This document shows positions 1-9,600 of a DNA stretch of 64,000 nucleotides, in pieces; the stretch's first letter is position 1, and every line of letters starts with the position of its first letter. The stretch is taken from positions 5,603 through 69,602 of the forward strand of contig JANPGH010000122.1 in the NCBI GenBank assembly GCA_031423795.1, read 5' to 3'. The notes below the pieces were generated by a model. The model worked only from the letters and a program-made list of their open reading frames with translations. It had not been told where the DNA came from and did no database searches. A program made the position numbers and the translations under genes. Source of the stretch: Elusimicrobiota bacterium (lineage in GTDB: Bacteria; Elusimicrobiota; Elusimicrobia; UBA1565; UBA9628).

Positions 1-3000
1 TCACGCTCGGCACCCCTAAGTCCAGCACGGGCGGGCGCAGGAACGTGCGCACGCCGTCCGGCTGGCGCCAGTCCGCTTCAACCACATGCGATCCGGGCGG
101 AACCGCGACGGCGAGCTTTCGGCCCTCCAGGCGCAACGGCTGTTGCGCGCCGTCGACGCGCGCGGCCAGCAACTCGGTTCCTTCGGGCAGGATGAAGATT
201 TGACGGTCGCCGCGGCTGGTGCGCAAGCGCACCGACAGCGTCGCGTCGGTGGCGCGAACTCCGGGTGTCAGCCGCAGCGAGCTTTGGTCGATGGTCAGCG
301 TTTGCCCGACGACGGAACCGGGTCGCGTGATCGCGAGTTCAAGAGTCTCACCGGGCCACGGACGATATTCGAGAGTGCGGGGACCGAAAGCGTCCGAGGA
401 GAAGGTCGGCGGCAAGCCTGTAGTTGAGACGTGCCACAGCGGGCCCGGCTCAATGCGCCATGATTCCGTCCACGGTTTCCCCGTCGCAGCCGTCAACGCG
501 AGTACAGCGGACTCCGGAAGCACCGACGTCCATTCCATCGATGGTGACTGCGGCGGCAAGTTAACTTGGACTTTTCCATCGGTGGCACGCAGATCGGTCG
601 AGGTAATCGATTCGCCCTTTAGCAGCGGAATTGCGGCGACGATCGGAACGCCCAATGGAGTCAGGCGGGTGACGCGAGTCTCGACCGTCCAGGAGAGCCC
701 GAGCCGAATCGTGCGGTCGACGCGCAAGAAAGGTGGGAAGGCTCCCTGAGTACGTGCCGACGCGGCGGCGGCCGGTTCGGCGCCGCGCGCGCGCGATAGC
801 TGCAGGTTGTCCTCTGGGCGTCCATTTTCACGCACGCCGTGAAGATTCCAACCCGACAGCGTCGCGTCGACGCGACGTGATTTGAGAGGCAGGCCGATTT
901 GGATTGAATCGGCCGGTGGCAATGGCCCCTCCAGCACGAGTTCGTGGGAACCCGCGGGGACGGACGCCCAAAGGGATCCGTCGCCCAAACGTCGCGCCGC
1001 CAGCGGCGCCCCGTCGAGCGTGCCGCGCACGGGAGTCCAGTCGCGGCCGCCGGTGGGCACGGGAATCGCCGACACAGCGGCGGCAAGTATATCGAGCTTC
1101 ATCGTCAGCCAGTCGCCGGTGGCCTTCAGCTGCAGGCGCGGACTTTCCGCGCAATTCGGCGCGCAGGACGGTGGCTCGGTGAGCCGGGCCTTTAAATCAT
1201 CGAGCAATGCTTTCGGGGGGAAATTGCCTTCCTGCGTTGCGGCGCGCGACGCTGAAATGGCGAGCAAGACCAGCGGCAGTAGGGCACGGGTCAGATTTTG
1301 CCGGCCCTCGGAACCCGTCAACGAACGCAGCCAGGGCCCGACCGGCAGGTCAGCCAGAAGCAGTCCGAGAAGCAGAGTCAAAAAGATCCTAACGATGGCC
1401 AGCAGGAAATTCACGCCCGGCGGCAACAGCCACAAATGGAGCGCATGGCCTTGCGGAACGGGGCCGCGCCATGAAATGCGCGCTTGGTTCCACGACCAGT
1501 ACGGCAATCCCGGCCCGGTGTTCACGCGCGAGTTTGGATCGAGCCGCATTTGCGTCATTACGTCTCCATAGTATGATGAGGCTTGCATCTTCTGGGCCCG
1601 ACGAAAGGGTCCGCCCCTAGCCGAGACCTGGGCCATGTCGGCCACCATGGGCGCGGAACCCGACGACATTTCACTGATCACCGGCATATTAATGCCGTTG
1701 GAACGGCGGTCCTCTTCGTTGGATTCGTCAAAGTCGGACTTGTCTTTTTCGAGGGCGTCGAGCGGTTGGGGGGAGCCTGCGTATCCGCCACCGTCCATCG
1801 CTCCCTGCGCTTGCGCCGAGAAGGATTGATAAGGGTACTCCAAAACCGGAAAGGCACCGCGCCGGAGTTGAGTGAGAAAGAAGGGCAAGGCGACCAAGGC
1901 CAGTAAGCCAAGTGTGGCGCGTCTTGTTAGGCGCACCCAACGCACGATCCCAAGATCCGGCGGCAAAGCGCGGTCAAGGGCAGCAAACAAGAGAGCCACC
2001 AGCCAGAGCCAACGTGGAGCGCCGTTCTCATGCCACAGCAGAGACAAACCGATCAGCCCTACCACACTCCATGCGCGGCCGTACAGGCGCGCAAAGGCGG
2101 CGACGGAGATGAGGACCAGAAAAAAATCAAGCAATGTCCATGAGGAGACCCACGTGGGCCGCGCGGAATCGGCTCCGAAAACGTGCACGAGACGCCATCC
2201 CGGTGGAAGACGGATGACCGCGGAGACGGATTCGAAATCGTGCTTCCAACCGCTGGCGGTCAAGCGGCGGCCCTCGATACGGCTGTCGGCCAGCACGTCC
2301 ACGTTGCGCGAGCGCACTTCGAGTCCCGCGGGCGCGCCGGAGGACAAGGACGTCAAGAACTGGTCGGCGCCGCCCACGGAGACACGGCCCAAGACAGTTT
2401 CGGGGGAGGACTCGAGGCGCCAGCTGCGGCCGAGGCTGCCGTGAAGCCGGTCGCGCGCGGAAAATCCGCCGCCGTTAAAGTCGAGCCAGAGCGTGCGCTC
2501 CAGCGTTAAGCGATCCGGCTCGGGAGGGTCGTCGCCGCGACGACGCTCGACGAGGCGCAGGCTGGTGCCGGGCTTCACCAGATAGGCGGGCAAGACCTTC
2601 CAATCGGGATACAGCTCGGTCTGTTGGGGATCCAGGGGGGCTGCGCCCTCGACGTCGGCTTGACGCAGCGAAGGGCGGGCGTCGAACACCCACGCCTCGT
2701 CCGTCGCCCAAGGGCCCAAAGGCGCAAGCAGGCGAATATCGACGCCCGGAGTTTCGCGACGGGCGTTGAGAATGACATCCCATGTTCCGGAGCGGGCCTG
2801 CACACGCAGGTGGCCGTCGGAATCGAGGCGCGCGGGCAGTGGACTAACCAGTGAAAGTGGGGAGAATCCTTCGGGCAGAGCTCGGCCTAACACCAGCTCG
2901 CGGTCGGCGCCCGAGACTTTCAACTGCACCCGAGTCACCAGCGTGAGTGGAACTTCGTCAATGAGGCGGCGGTGGACGGTGAGGGCTAAGCCCGCGCCTT

Positions 3001-3550
3001 CGCGCGGTGCGGGGGCATGGGTGCGCGTCTGCATCCAGAGACGGTTGGCGTCGTCGCGCAAGGGAAACGCAACGGCAGCACCACGCACGCTGAGCGATAA
3101 CAGTCCCACATCCGCGGGAATCTCGAGTTGTTCTGGGAGGCGGCCCCAATGAAACGAACCCGTGACCCGCTTGGACCCGGCTTTCAAGCGAACTGAAGGC
3201 GCACCCAAGCGCTCGACGACCGCGACGGCAGCACCGTCGACGCGCACATCTTGGGGCCAGCGTTCCGGGCCACCGGGCAGGGGAATCCAATCGTCGGTCT
3301 CCAAACGCCAGATTTGCTCGAATGTGCCGCCTGATTCGGTTAAGGACAATTTCAGCGCGCCGGGCCAAGAACAGGTGCGCATGCCGGTGCCGCGGTGCAG
3401 GCTGCAGAGTTCGGCTTCATGGCCGCGCATCACCCAGCCGACCCAATCTTTGAGCGGGGCGGGAACTTCTTCGCGCCGCATCGGCTCAGCAGCGCCGTAA
3501 GAGTTTGAAAACAGGCTCGCGGCGAGCAAGGCGATCAGCATCGGGCGCAT
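1..3550 (-). CDS. Large secreted/polytopic envelope protein of no recognised family. The 5' end is complete (ATG at 3550..3548). The 3' end runs off the window start (at least 1183 codons).
   Basis: Not in the ORF track, which omits edge-open ORFs. Read by eye, the minus-strand frame from the ATG at 3548-3550 is open down to base 1. None of the listed minus-strand ORFs in 1-3550 share this frame. A GGAGGA RBS (complement of 3558-3563) lies 7 nt upstream. The N-terminus MRPMLIALLAASLFSNSYGAAEP looks like a signal peptide. There are central hydrophobic helices (WTLLDFFLVLISVAAF, LWLVALLFAAL, LGLLALVALPFF, FLLAIVRIFLTLLLGLLLA). Confidence 0.75.
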   Translation of the reverse strand, partial: MRPMLIALLAASLFSNSYGAAEPMRREEVPAPLKDWVGWVMRGHEAELCSLHRGTGMRTCSWPGALKLSLTESGGTFEQIWRLETDDWIPLPGGPERWPQDVRVDGAAVAVVERLGAPSVRLKAGSKRVTGSFHWGRLPEQLEIPADVGLLSLSVRGAAVAFPLRDDANRLWMQTRTHAPAPREGAGLALTVHRRLIDEVPLTLVTRVQLKVSGADRELVLGRALPEGFSPLSLVSPLPARLDSDGHLRVQARSGTWDVILNARRETPGVDIRLLAPLGPWATDEAWVFDARPSLRQADVEGAAPLDPQQTELYPDWKVLPAYLVKPGTSLRLVERRRGDDPPEPDRLTLERTLWLDFNGGGFSARDRLHGSLGRSWRLESSPETVLGRVSVGGADQFLTSLSSGAPAGLEVRSRNVDVLADSRIEGRRLTASGWKHDFESVSAVIRLPPGWRLVHVFGADSARPTWVSSWTLLDFFLVLISVAAFARLYGRAWSVVGLIGLSLLWHENGAPRWLWLVALLFAALDRALPPDLGIVRWVRLTRRATLGLLALVALPFFLTQLRRGAFPVLEYPYQSFSAQAQGAMDGGGYAGSPQPLDALEKDKSDFDESNEEDRRSNGINMPVISEMSSGSAPMVADMAQVSARGGPFRRAQKMQASSYYGDVMTQMRLDPNSRVNTGPGLPYWSWNQARISWRGPVPQGHALHLWLLPPGVNFLLAIVRIFLTLLLGLLLADLPVGPWLRSLTGSEGRQNLTRALLPLVLLAISASRAATQEGNFPPKALLDDLKARLTEPPSCAPNCAESPRLQLKATGDWLTMKLDILAAAVSAIPVPTGGRDWTPVRGTLDGAPLAARRLGDGSLWASVPAGSHELVLEGPLPPADSIQIGLPLKSRRVDATLSGWNLHGVRENGRPEDNLQLSRARGAEPAAAASARTQGAFPPFLRVDRTIRLGLSWTVETRVTRLTPLGVPIVAAIPLLKGESITSTDLRATDGKVQVNLPPQSPSMEWTSVLPESAVLALTAATGKPWTESWRIEPGPLWHVSTTGLPPTFSSDAFGPRTLEYRPWPGETLELAITRPGSVVGQTLTIDQSSLRLTPGVRATDATLSVRLRTSRGDRQIFILPEGTELLAARVDGAQQPLRLEGRKLAVAVPPGSHVVEADWRQPDGVRTFLRPPVLDLGVPSV

Positions 3551-3572
3551 TAGGCGATCCTCCAGGAGTGGA

Positions 3573-5111
3573 TCAGGATGGAGAGTCCTGCAGCAGTTGC
3601 AGAACTTTGCGAATGAACGTGGTCTTATCGAAAGGCTTGAGCATCACTTCTTGAGCGCCAGCTTCTTTGGCGCGCGCGATCGCGTCATTATAGCCGGTCA
3701 GCACCATCACTGGAATCCGTTCGGTTTCCGGCAGGCGACGCAGGCGTGAGATGACCTCGAAGCCGTCCATGCCCGGCATCATCACATCTAAGATCACGAG
3801 GTCGGGGGCCTTGTCCTTGATTTTTTCGAGCGCCTCGAAGCCCGACCGCGCCATCGTGATCTCGAGGTTGCGGCTGACGCTGGCCAAAAACAACATCAGC
3901 ACCTCGACCAGGTCGGGATTGTCCTCGACGATGAGCACGCGTTTCTTGTGCATGGTCTCGACAGCGTCGACGATCGCCGGCGCGGTTTGCGGCGAGCAGA
4001 TCGGCAGTTCCAGCAATGCAGTAGTACCCGATCCCGCGCCTTGGCTTTCCAGCCAGATCCGCCCGCCATGATGCTCGACGATTTCCTTTGAAAGTGGCAG
4101 TCCCAAGCCCAGTCCCGGATATTCCCGCGTTGGCCCTTGATTGGCCGCAAAGAAGCGTTCAAACACATGCGGCATTAGTTCCGGGGGGACGCCGGGCCCT
4201 TGATCGATCACCGACAGGCGAACGTGCTTGTCATGAACGCTCAAGCCAACGCGTAGGGTGCCTTCTGCCGGGCTAAACTTGGCCGCGTTTGAGAACAGGT
4301 TGCCGATTACGTCGCCGAGATTTTCCTCGTCAGCCAATACCCATTGCGGCGCGTCGCCGAGCTCCGCCTTGAGGACCAGCTTTTTACGCGCCAAGTCCTT
4401 TTCGGCGCGCTCAATTTGCGCTGATACGAGCGTTCTGAGATCGAGCGGCTTGCGCAGTAGGGGTTTCATCCCCTCGCTGATCTCGCGAATGCGCAGGATA
4501 TTATTGAGCGTCCCCATCAAGCCTTCCGCACGCTCGATGATCGCGGTCAACGCCTTTTGCTGGGGCTCGCTGAGAACCCCCATGCTCCCGTCGCGCATGG
4601 TGTTCGCATAGCCAATCACCACCGTGAGCGGCGTGCGCAATTCATGCGAAACGTTGGCGATGAATTCGTTTTTCATCTGATTAACCTGTCGCAGCTCCAT
4701 ATTTTGGTTCACCAGCTCGCGGATTTCGACCACGCGCCGTAGGAGTTGGGCCAGGTCGGCGTTGCGCAGGTCGCCGTGGGTCAAATAGTCCATCGCGCCC
4801 TTCTTCATCGCGGAAACGGCGATTTGCTCGGAGCCCGAGGCGGTGGTGAGGACGACGGCGGTCGTCGGGTGATGTTGGCGGATCTTATCTAGAATTTCCA
4901 AGCCGTTGGACGGGGGCAAGCGGTAATCAAGGAAAACGAGGTCAAAAATGAGGCCTTTAAGCTTCTGGAGAGCCTGCTCACCGTCGACGGCGATGTCGAC
5001 GAAAATTTTCCAGTTGGGTATATCCTCCAATTGGAACTTCAGCATATTCCGGTTAGTCGGTTCGTCGTCGACGACCAGAATTGCGAAGGACTGTTCGGCC
5101 GAATTCGTCAT
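3573..5111 (-). CDS. Hybrid sensor histidine kinase/response regulator (REC-HisKA-HATPase-REC) with no TM or sensor domain
   Basis: 512-aa track ORF. N-terminal receiver (ILVVDDEPTNRNML...DLVFLDYRLP). H-box NVSHELRTPL, N-box NLFSNAAKF, G-boxes DQGPGV and GLGLGL. C-terminal receiver (VLIVEDNPDL...DLVILDVMMPGMDG). Confidence 0.9.
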   Translation of the reverse strand: MTNSAEQSFAILVVDDEPTNRNMLKFQLEDIPNWKIFVDIAVDGEQALQKLKGLIFDLVFLDYRLPPSNGLEILDKIRQHHPTTAVVLTTASGSEQIAVSAMKKGAMDYLTHGDLRNADLAQLLRRVVEIRELVNQNMELRQVNQMKNEFIANVSHELRTPLTVVIGYANTMRDGSMGVLSEPQQKALTAIIERAEGLMGTLNNILRIREISEGMKPLLRKPLDLRTLVSAQIERAEKDLARKKLVLKAELGDAPQWVLADEENLGDVIGNLFSNAAKFSPAEGTLRVGLSVHDKHVRLSVIDQGPGVPPELMPHVFERFFAANQGPTREYPGLGLGLPLSKEIVEHHGGRIWLESQGAGSGTTALLELPICSPQTAPAIVDAVETMHKKRVLIVEDNPDLVEVLMLFLASVSRNLEITMARSGFEALEKIKDKAPDLVILDVMMPGMDGFEVISRLRRLPETERIPVMVLTGYNDAIARAKEAGAQEVMLKPFDKTTFIRKVLQLLQDSPS

Positions 5112-5231
5112 TGCGTTCGAATTGTAGCAGAGGAACCAAATGCCGTCCAGTGCTGGGAAAGGGCCGTCATCATAATGTTACAGGGAGGTCGTCCCGCCGA
5201 TATTGGGTTTTTGGCGACGTCGTCGTAGTAT

Positions 5232-6665
5232 TTGGGCATGGCCAGAAAACAATCGATGCAGAGCTTGCGAAAAGCTCTCGTTTGCTCATTCCTCACGACC
5301 GGGGTACTTTGGTCGGCGACGATCGCAGTGGCCGCGGCCGGGCTCGGGCGCGCGCCGGCGCACGAACTGATTCCGGCCGCCGGGGCACTGGCTCGGTCGA
5401 TACAAGTCGTACTAAGCATGCCCGGCCACAACATGGGCGTCGCTCCTTTCGAAATGCCGGGAGGAACCGGTGAAACCGTCGCCAAAACCAGACCACTTTT
5501 CGACGCACTCAAGGCGCTGGACCTGGGAGTAGACGCCGCCGCTTCGAATTCGGAGCAATATTCGATGCCCGTCGGGCAGGCGCAGCAGATATTCGTGGGG
5601 GCCGACAGGGTCCTGAGTCAAAATCCCTGGCACCATTTTGCGGAGGAGCATAACGCGCTGGCGGCTTTGCAATCAATCTCCCAAATCACTGGCGAACAGC
5701 ATGGACGCTTCACTGTGGTCAACGATCTTGCCGCGATCAACGACGTCATCGCGAATTTAGACGGATCGACGGTGCGTAACTCGGAAGGCGCCGGTTGGGC
5801 ACGCGTATTTGACAATTACCGGACGTTGGTCGACGCAAATCATGCTCGCGGAACGCCCCTACCGGAGCACGCCCCTCGAATCGCGAAAAATCCCGATCCC
5901 ATCAACCGGAAAATGCGCGAATTTTATCGCGCGATGATGCGAGGAACTTTAGAGGTGTTAAGCCCCACAGCCAGTTTGGGAAAAAAAGCCATCGCGCCCG
6001 AAGAGCTCAGCCATGAGGACGTCATGACCATCACGTACGCCAATTTCGAGCGCACCGCGCAAATCGTCCTACGCCGGGCGCCGCAATTGTCCGTGAGCCT
6101 GCGCACCGTCCAAGAGATCAATCGCAGTCTCACCGTTGGGCTGGTCGACGATTCCATCCGAGGGAAATTATTTCACGGAGACGCCTGGTTCCATCAGGAA
6201 GTCAAACAGTTCTACCGATTTCTGGAGACACCGAAGTTTCGCCGCTTCATGAGAAAGTTTCCGGTGGAGGCGGCGCACTGGATTCATTACGTCATTTCGG
6301 TTCAGGACGTTCTCCCAGATGCAAACAGCCGGACGTCCAAGATGATGGCTGACCTTATACTCCTGAAAGCGGGCCTGGCTCCCGCTTACTACGAAAGCAT
6401 GGACGAGTTTTTCGAGCAGGGTGGTCCCCGGTCGTCCTTGTCCGTCCAGCAGCGACTGAATTATTTTTACCGCATCGTTTCGCGCAGCCTCGAATTCGTC
6501 CGCGGCGAAATGAAAGTGCAACGCCCGAGCACCAGCGAAAGCCTTAAGGCGGCGCTGCTGTCTTCGCCTTACCACGAGGGCGTGGCGCCGACGCCGGAGT
6601 CGCGCCGTTCTCTCGTGGAATTTATGTCGATGGTCCATAGAGCCGAGCCTCGGAGACTTCAATAA
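5232..6665 (+). CDS. Signal/anchor-bearing protein with a Fic-fold core and a non-canonical motif (DVLPDANSRTSK)
   Basis: 477-aa track ORF with a TTG start at 5232 and an alternative ATG at 5238. Hydrophobic N-terminus ALVCSFLTTGVLWSATIAVAAAG. The segment PVEAAHWIHYVISVQDVLPDANSRTSKMMADLILLKAGLAP (motif at nt 6306-6341) aligns position for position with the Fic HxFx[DE][GA]N[GK]RxxR region. Confidence 0.6.
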   Translation: MGMARKQSMQSLRKALVCSFLTTGVLWSATIAVAAAGLGRAPAHELIPAAGALARSIQVVLSMPGHNMGVAPFEMPGGTGETVAKTRPLFDALKALDLGVDAAASNSEQYSMPVGQAQQIFVGADRVLSQNPWHHFAEEHNALAALQSISQITGEQHGRFTVVNDLAAINDVIANLDGSTVRNSEGAGWARVFDNYRTLVDANHARGTPLPEHAPRIAKNPDPINRKMREFYRAMMRGTLEVLSPTASLGKKAIAPEELSHEDVMTITYANFERTAQIVLRRAPQLSVSLRTVQEINRSLTVGLVDDSIRGKLFHGDAWFHQEVKQFYRFLETPKFRRFMRKFPVEAAHWIHYVISVQDVLPDANSRTSKMMADLILLKAGLAPAYYESMDEFFEQGGPRSSLSVQQRLNYFYRIVSRSLEFVRGEMKVQRPSTSESLKAALLSSPYHEGVAPTPESRRSLVEFMSMVHRAEPRRLQ

Positions 6666-9600
6666 ATGTTCGTCGTAAAAGCAACTTTTAAGAAAAAGGC
6701 CGCGGCGTTCGTCGTGCTAAGTTTAATCCTGGCGGCACCGTACCAGGCTTTCGCCATAGGCGAGATGATTCGCGTCGGCAGCGCGCGAACGTCGCAAGCA
6801 CCAATGCGAATCAATTCACTGCGGATTTCCGCGGACGGGGTTGCGTTGACGCGCAGTTTATACCAGGTGGCGGATCTGCAACGGCCGCCGAGCCCGGCGG
6901 CCATTCCGGTTTTGCCCGTTCCGGTGACGTCAGACTATTCGGGAGCCAATGCAGAAATTATTAGGGTCACTCCGGTCTTGCAGCCGGGCAATCATTCGGG
7001 AGCGATTCTTTCGGTCTTGACGCAGCGGCAGACCGAGTTAAGCGCAACCTTGGGTCGTTCAGGAGTTTCCGCTGACCAAGTTTCCAGGGCCGCGGGTTCC
7101 GCGATCGACGGAAGTGCTAATTCACAATATCGATATCTTGAAACCGACGAATTAGCCGGGAAAACCCTTTTGCTCGTCGGCTTTAGGAGATACCTGCCGT
7201 ACCTCATCCAGCAACCGATGAAATTGGGCGCGCAACACGGATTCAGCGTGAAGCTCATTGGTTATCCGCACGAGGCGGACGCCGCGGTGGCGTTGGGCGT
7301 GCCGCGAGAAAACTTCATCGGCGTGGACGATTTCGGGACGCACGATGAGACCACGGTCCAAACGATCGTCGCGCATGTGCGAGGAATCCACGCGCGAGAT
7401 CCTTTTCATGCCGTCAAAACCTTCACGAACTATGCGGCGTTCCTCGAAGGCAAATTACACGAGGCGCTCGGCCTTCCCGGGAATCTTCCGCGGGCGGTCG
7501 ACTTGTCCCAAAATAAGCAGGGAGCGCGCGTCGTGTGGAACGAAGATCCAGCCCTGCGCGTGCCGGCGAGGATCGTCGCGTCGGCCGAGGACGCCCGCCG
7601 TTTTTTCCGAGAGGCGCAGGCAGCAGGCTTTGACAAAATAGTTTTAAAGCCCTCTTCCGGTGGCGGTGGATTCCTAGCGAAGACCGAAATTGTAAGCGCC
7701 AAAGCAGCCGCGTTAGTCTTCCAAGAAATGAAGGCTAGGATCGATCAGGTCCGAGGCGATAAAATGAGGGCCCAGACCAAGGCCATGGATTTGAGTGTCG
7801 GCGTGCTGGCGGAAGCCCAAATTCCGGACATCGGGCCCGGCATCCCGCCGATCATGTTGGACGTGGAAATGCTGGTACAAAGAGGCAAGGTCGTCCACGC
7901 CACCATCAGCGTCAACTCGCCGTCGTATTTGGGAACCCAGGAAACCGGCACTACCTTCTCTTCTACGCTGTTTGATTCCTATCCGAAAATCAAAGAACTC
8001 ATTTTGAGAAATTCCGCCAAGGCAGTGCTGGGCATTGGACTGGAGGGGAATATCCATTTTGAGGCGTTTATTACGGTGATCGACGGCAAACCTGTCGTCC
8101 TTCCCATCGAGGCCAATCCCCGCATGGGCGGCAAAGACGTCTGGGAAAATGTCCTCGCTTCAGACGGGATCGACGTCCTGGGTCAAGGCGTTCTTGGGGC
8201 ATTCGGCGTGCGCATGGATCCGCGGACCGATCCCAAGCCCCTGCTCACCCAGATGAGGTCAGTCATTCCGCAATTCACCGGGAAACTCCGCGCGATTCGC
8301 GGGCTGGAGGCGCTGAAACAGGCCGGGGTTTACGGGCAATGGGACAAAGAGAACGGAGATAAAATCGAGGACATTTCCGGGCCCACCGGGAACTCGTCCG
8401 ACTACATTGGCTATTTCATGCTCGACGGGCTCGAGGAAGGGCCGACGCTTCATAAACTTCTGGCCGCGCTCGCTCAAGTCGAAATCGATATCGAGACGGC
8501 CGACGGCGTCATCCACACCCAAAAAGGCGATTTCGGCCACGAAACAAATCCCGATGATTACTTGGTCTCCAAACTTCTCAGCGAAATCCGCCGCCGCACC
8601 CAGTCCGCGCCGACGACCCCGCCGCAGCGGCCTTCGGCCGGCGGCCTTCTCGGCCGGATCCGTGACGCCGGAACGCGTTTCCCGGGATCCTATTACCGCT
8701 ACGTCGGCCTGAACGGCTTGTTAAGCTTTGCGGACGAAGGGCTTTCCGTAGCTTTCGCGATTTACGGAATCGCGCAGTTCGGGTTGGCGTGGGGGCTGTT
8801 GGCCCAGGCGCTTTACATTTTGGCGAAGGCGCCGGGTTCCGAAATGGCCGCGCGCCTCAATCACGGCCTTGATTCGATCAAAATCTTCGAGCTCACGACG
8901 AAGGTCAAAATCGGATTGATGCTCGTGCTTCCGGTGCTGGCTTGGACGCTGCCGTTCGGCTGGTTCCTGGCCGCTTTCTTGGCCTTGCAAACCGTACGCG
9001 GCCTGGTCAACGGCGCTTCACGCAACATGGCCGAGCCGGAGATGCTGCCGAACCTGGTCGGCCAAAAAAAATCGGATCTGGAAGTGGCCGGCCTTATGTC
9101 GGACACATTTATCGAAGGCTGCGCGATGACGGCGGCTTTTCTTTACCCGTGGATGCAGGGCCGACTCGACCATCTGTTTGGGCCGACGCTGGGCCCTGGC
9201 ATTCTGGTGGCGATTCTCGGCGCATTGACCGTCCCGAACCTGCTCTTGCTCAAGACAATCAAATACGCGCAGCCGTCGGCGTCAAACGTCGTTCCGCAAA
9301 AGGCAGGAGCGTTGGGAAGTGGCGTCGAGAGGCTGGATTGGCGCGATTACGTCCCCTATGTGGCAGCACATTTCGTGCATTCCGCACTTTACGGGGTGCT
9401 GGCTGCGGTCTTGGCTAAGTTCGTTTTTGGAGCGCCGCTGATCGCTGGAACGATGATAGGCTCCTATGACGCCGGGGCCTTGCTGGTGGGATTGATCGGC
9501 GGAAGCGCGGCACTTGCCGCCTCGGCGAAGGCCGGAAATGGCGAAAGGTCATTTGTCTCTAGCCTGCTATCTCCGAAGTCCTGGTTCGGTCTGACCATAT

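Noticed and set aside
86-3500. Many 60-230-aa ORFs on both strands in the first 3.5 kb
   Set aside because: They are all out of frame with, and explained by, the single long minus-strand ORF 1..3550 that the track omits.
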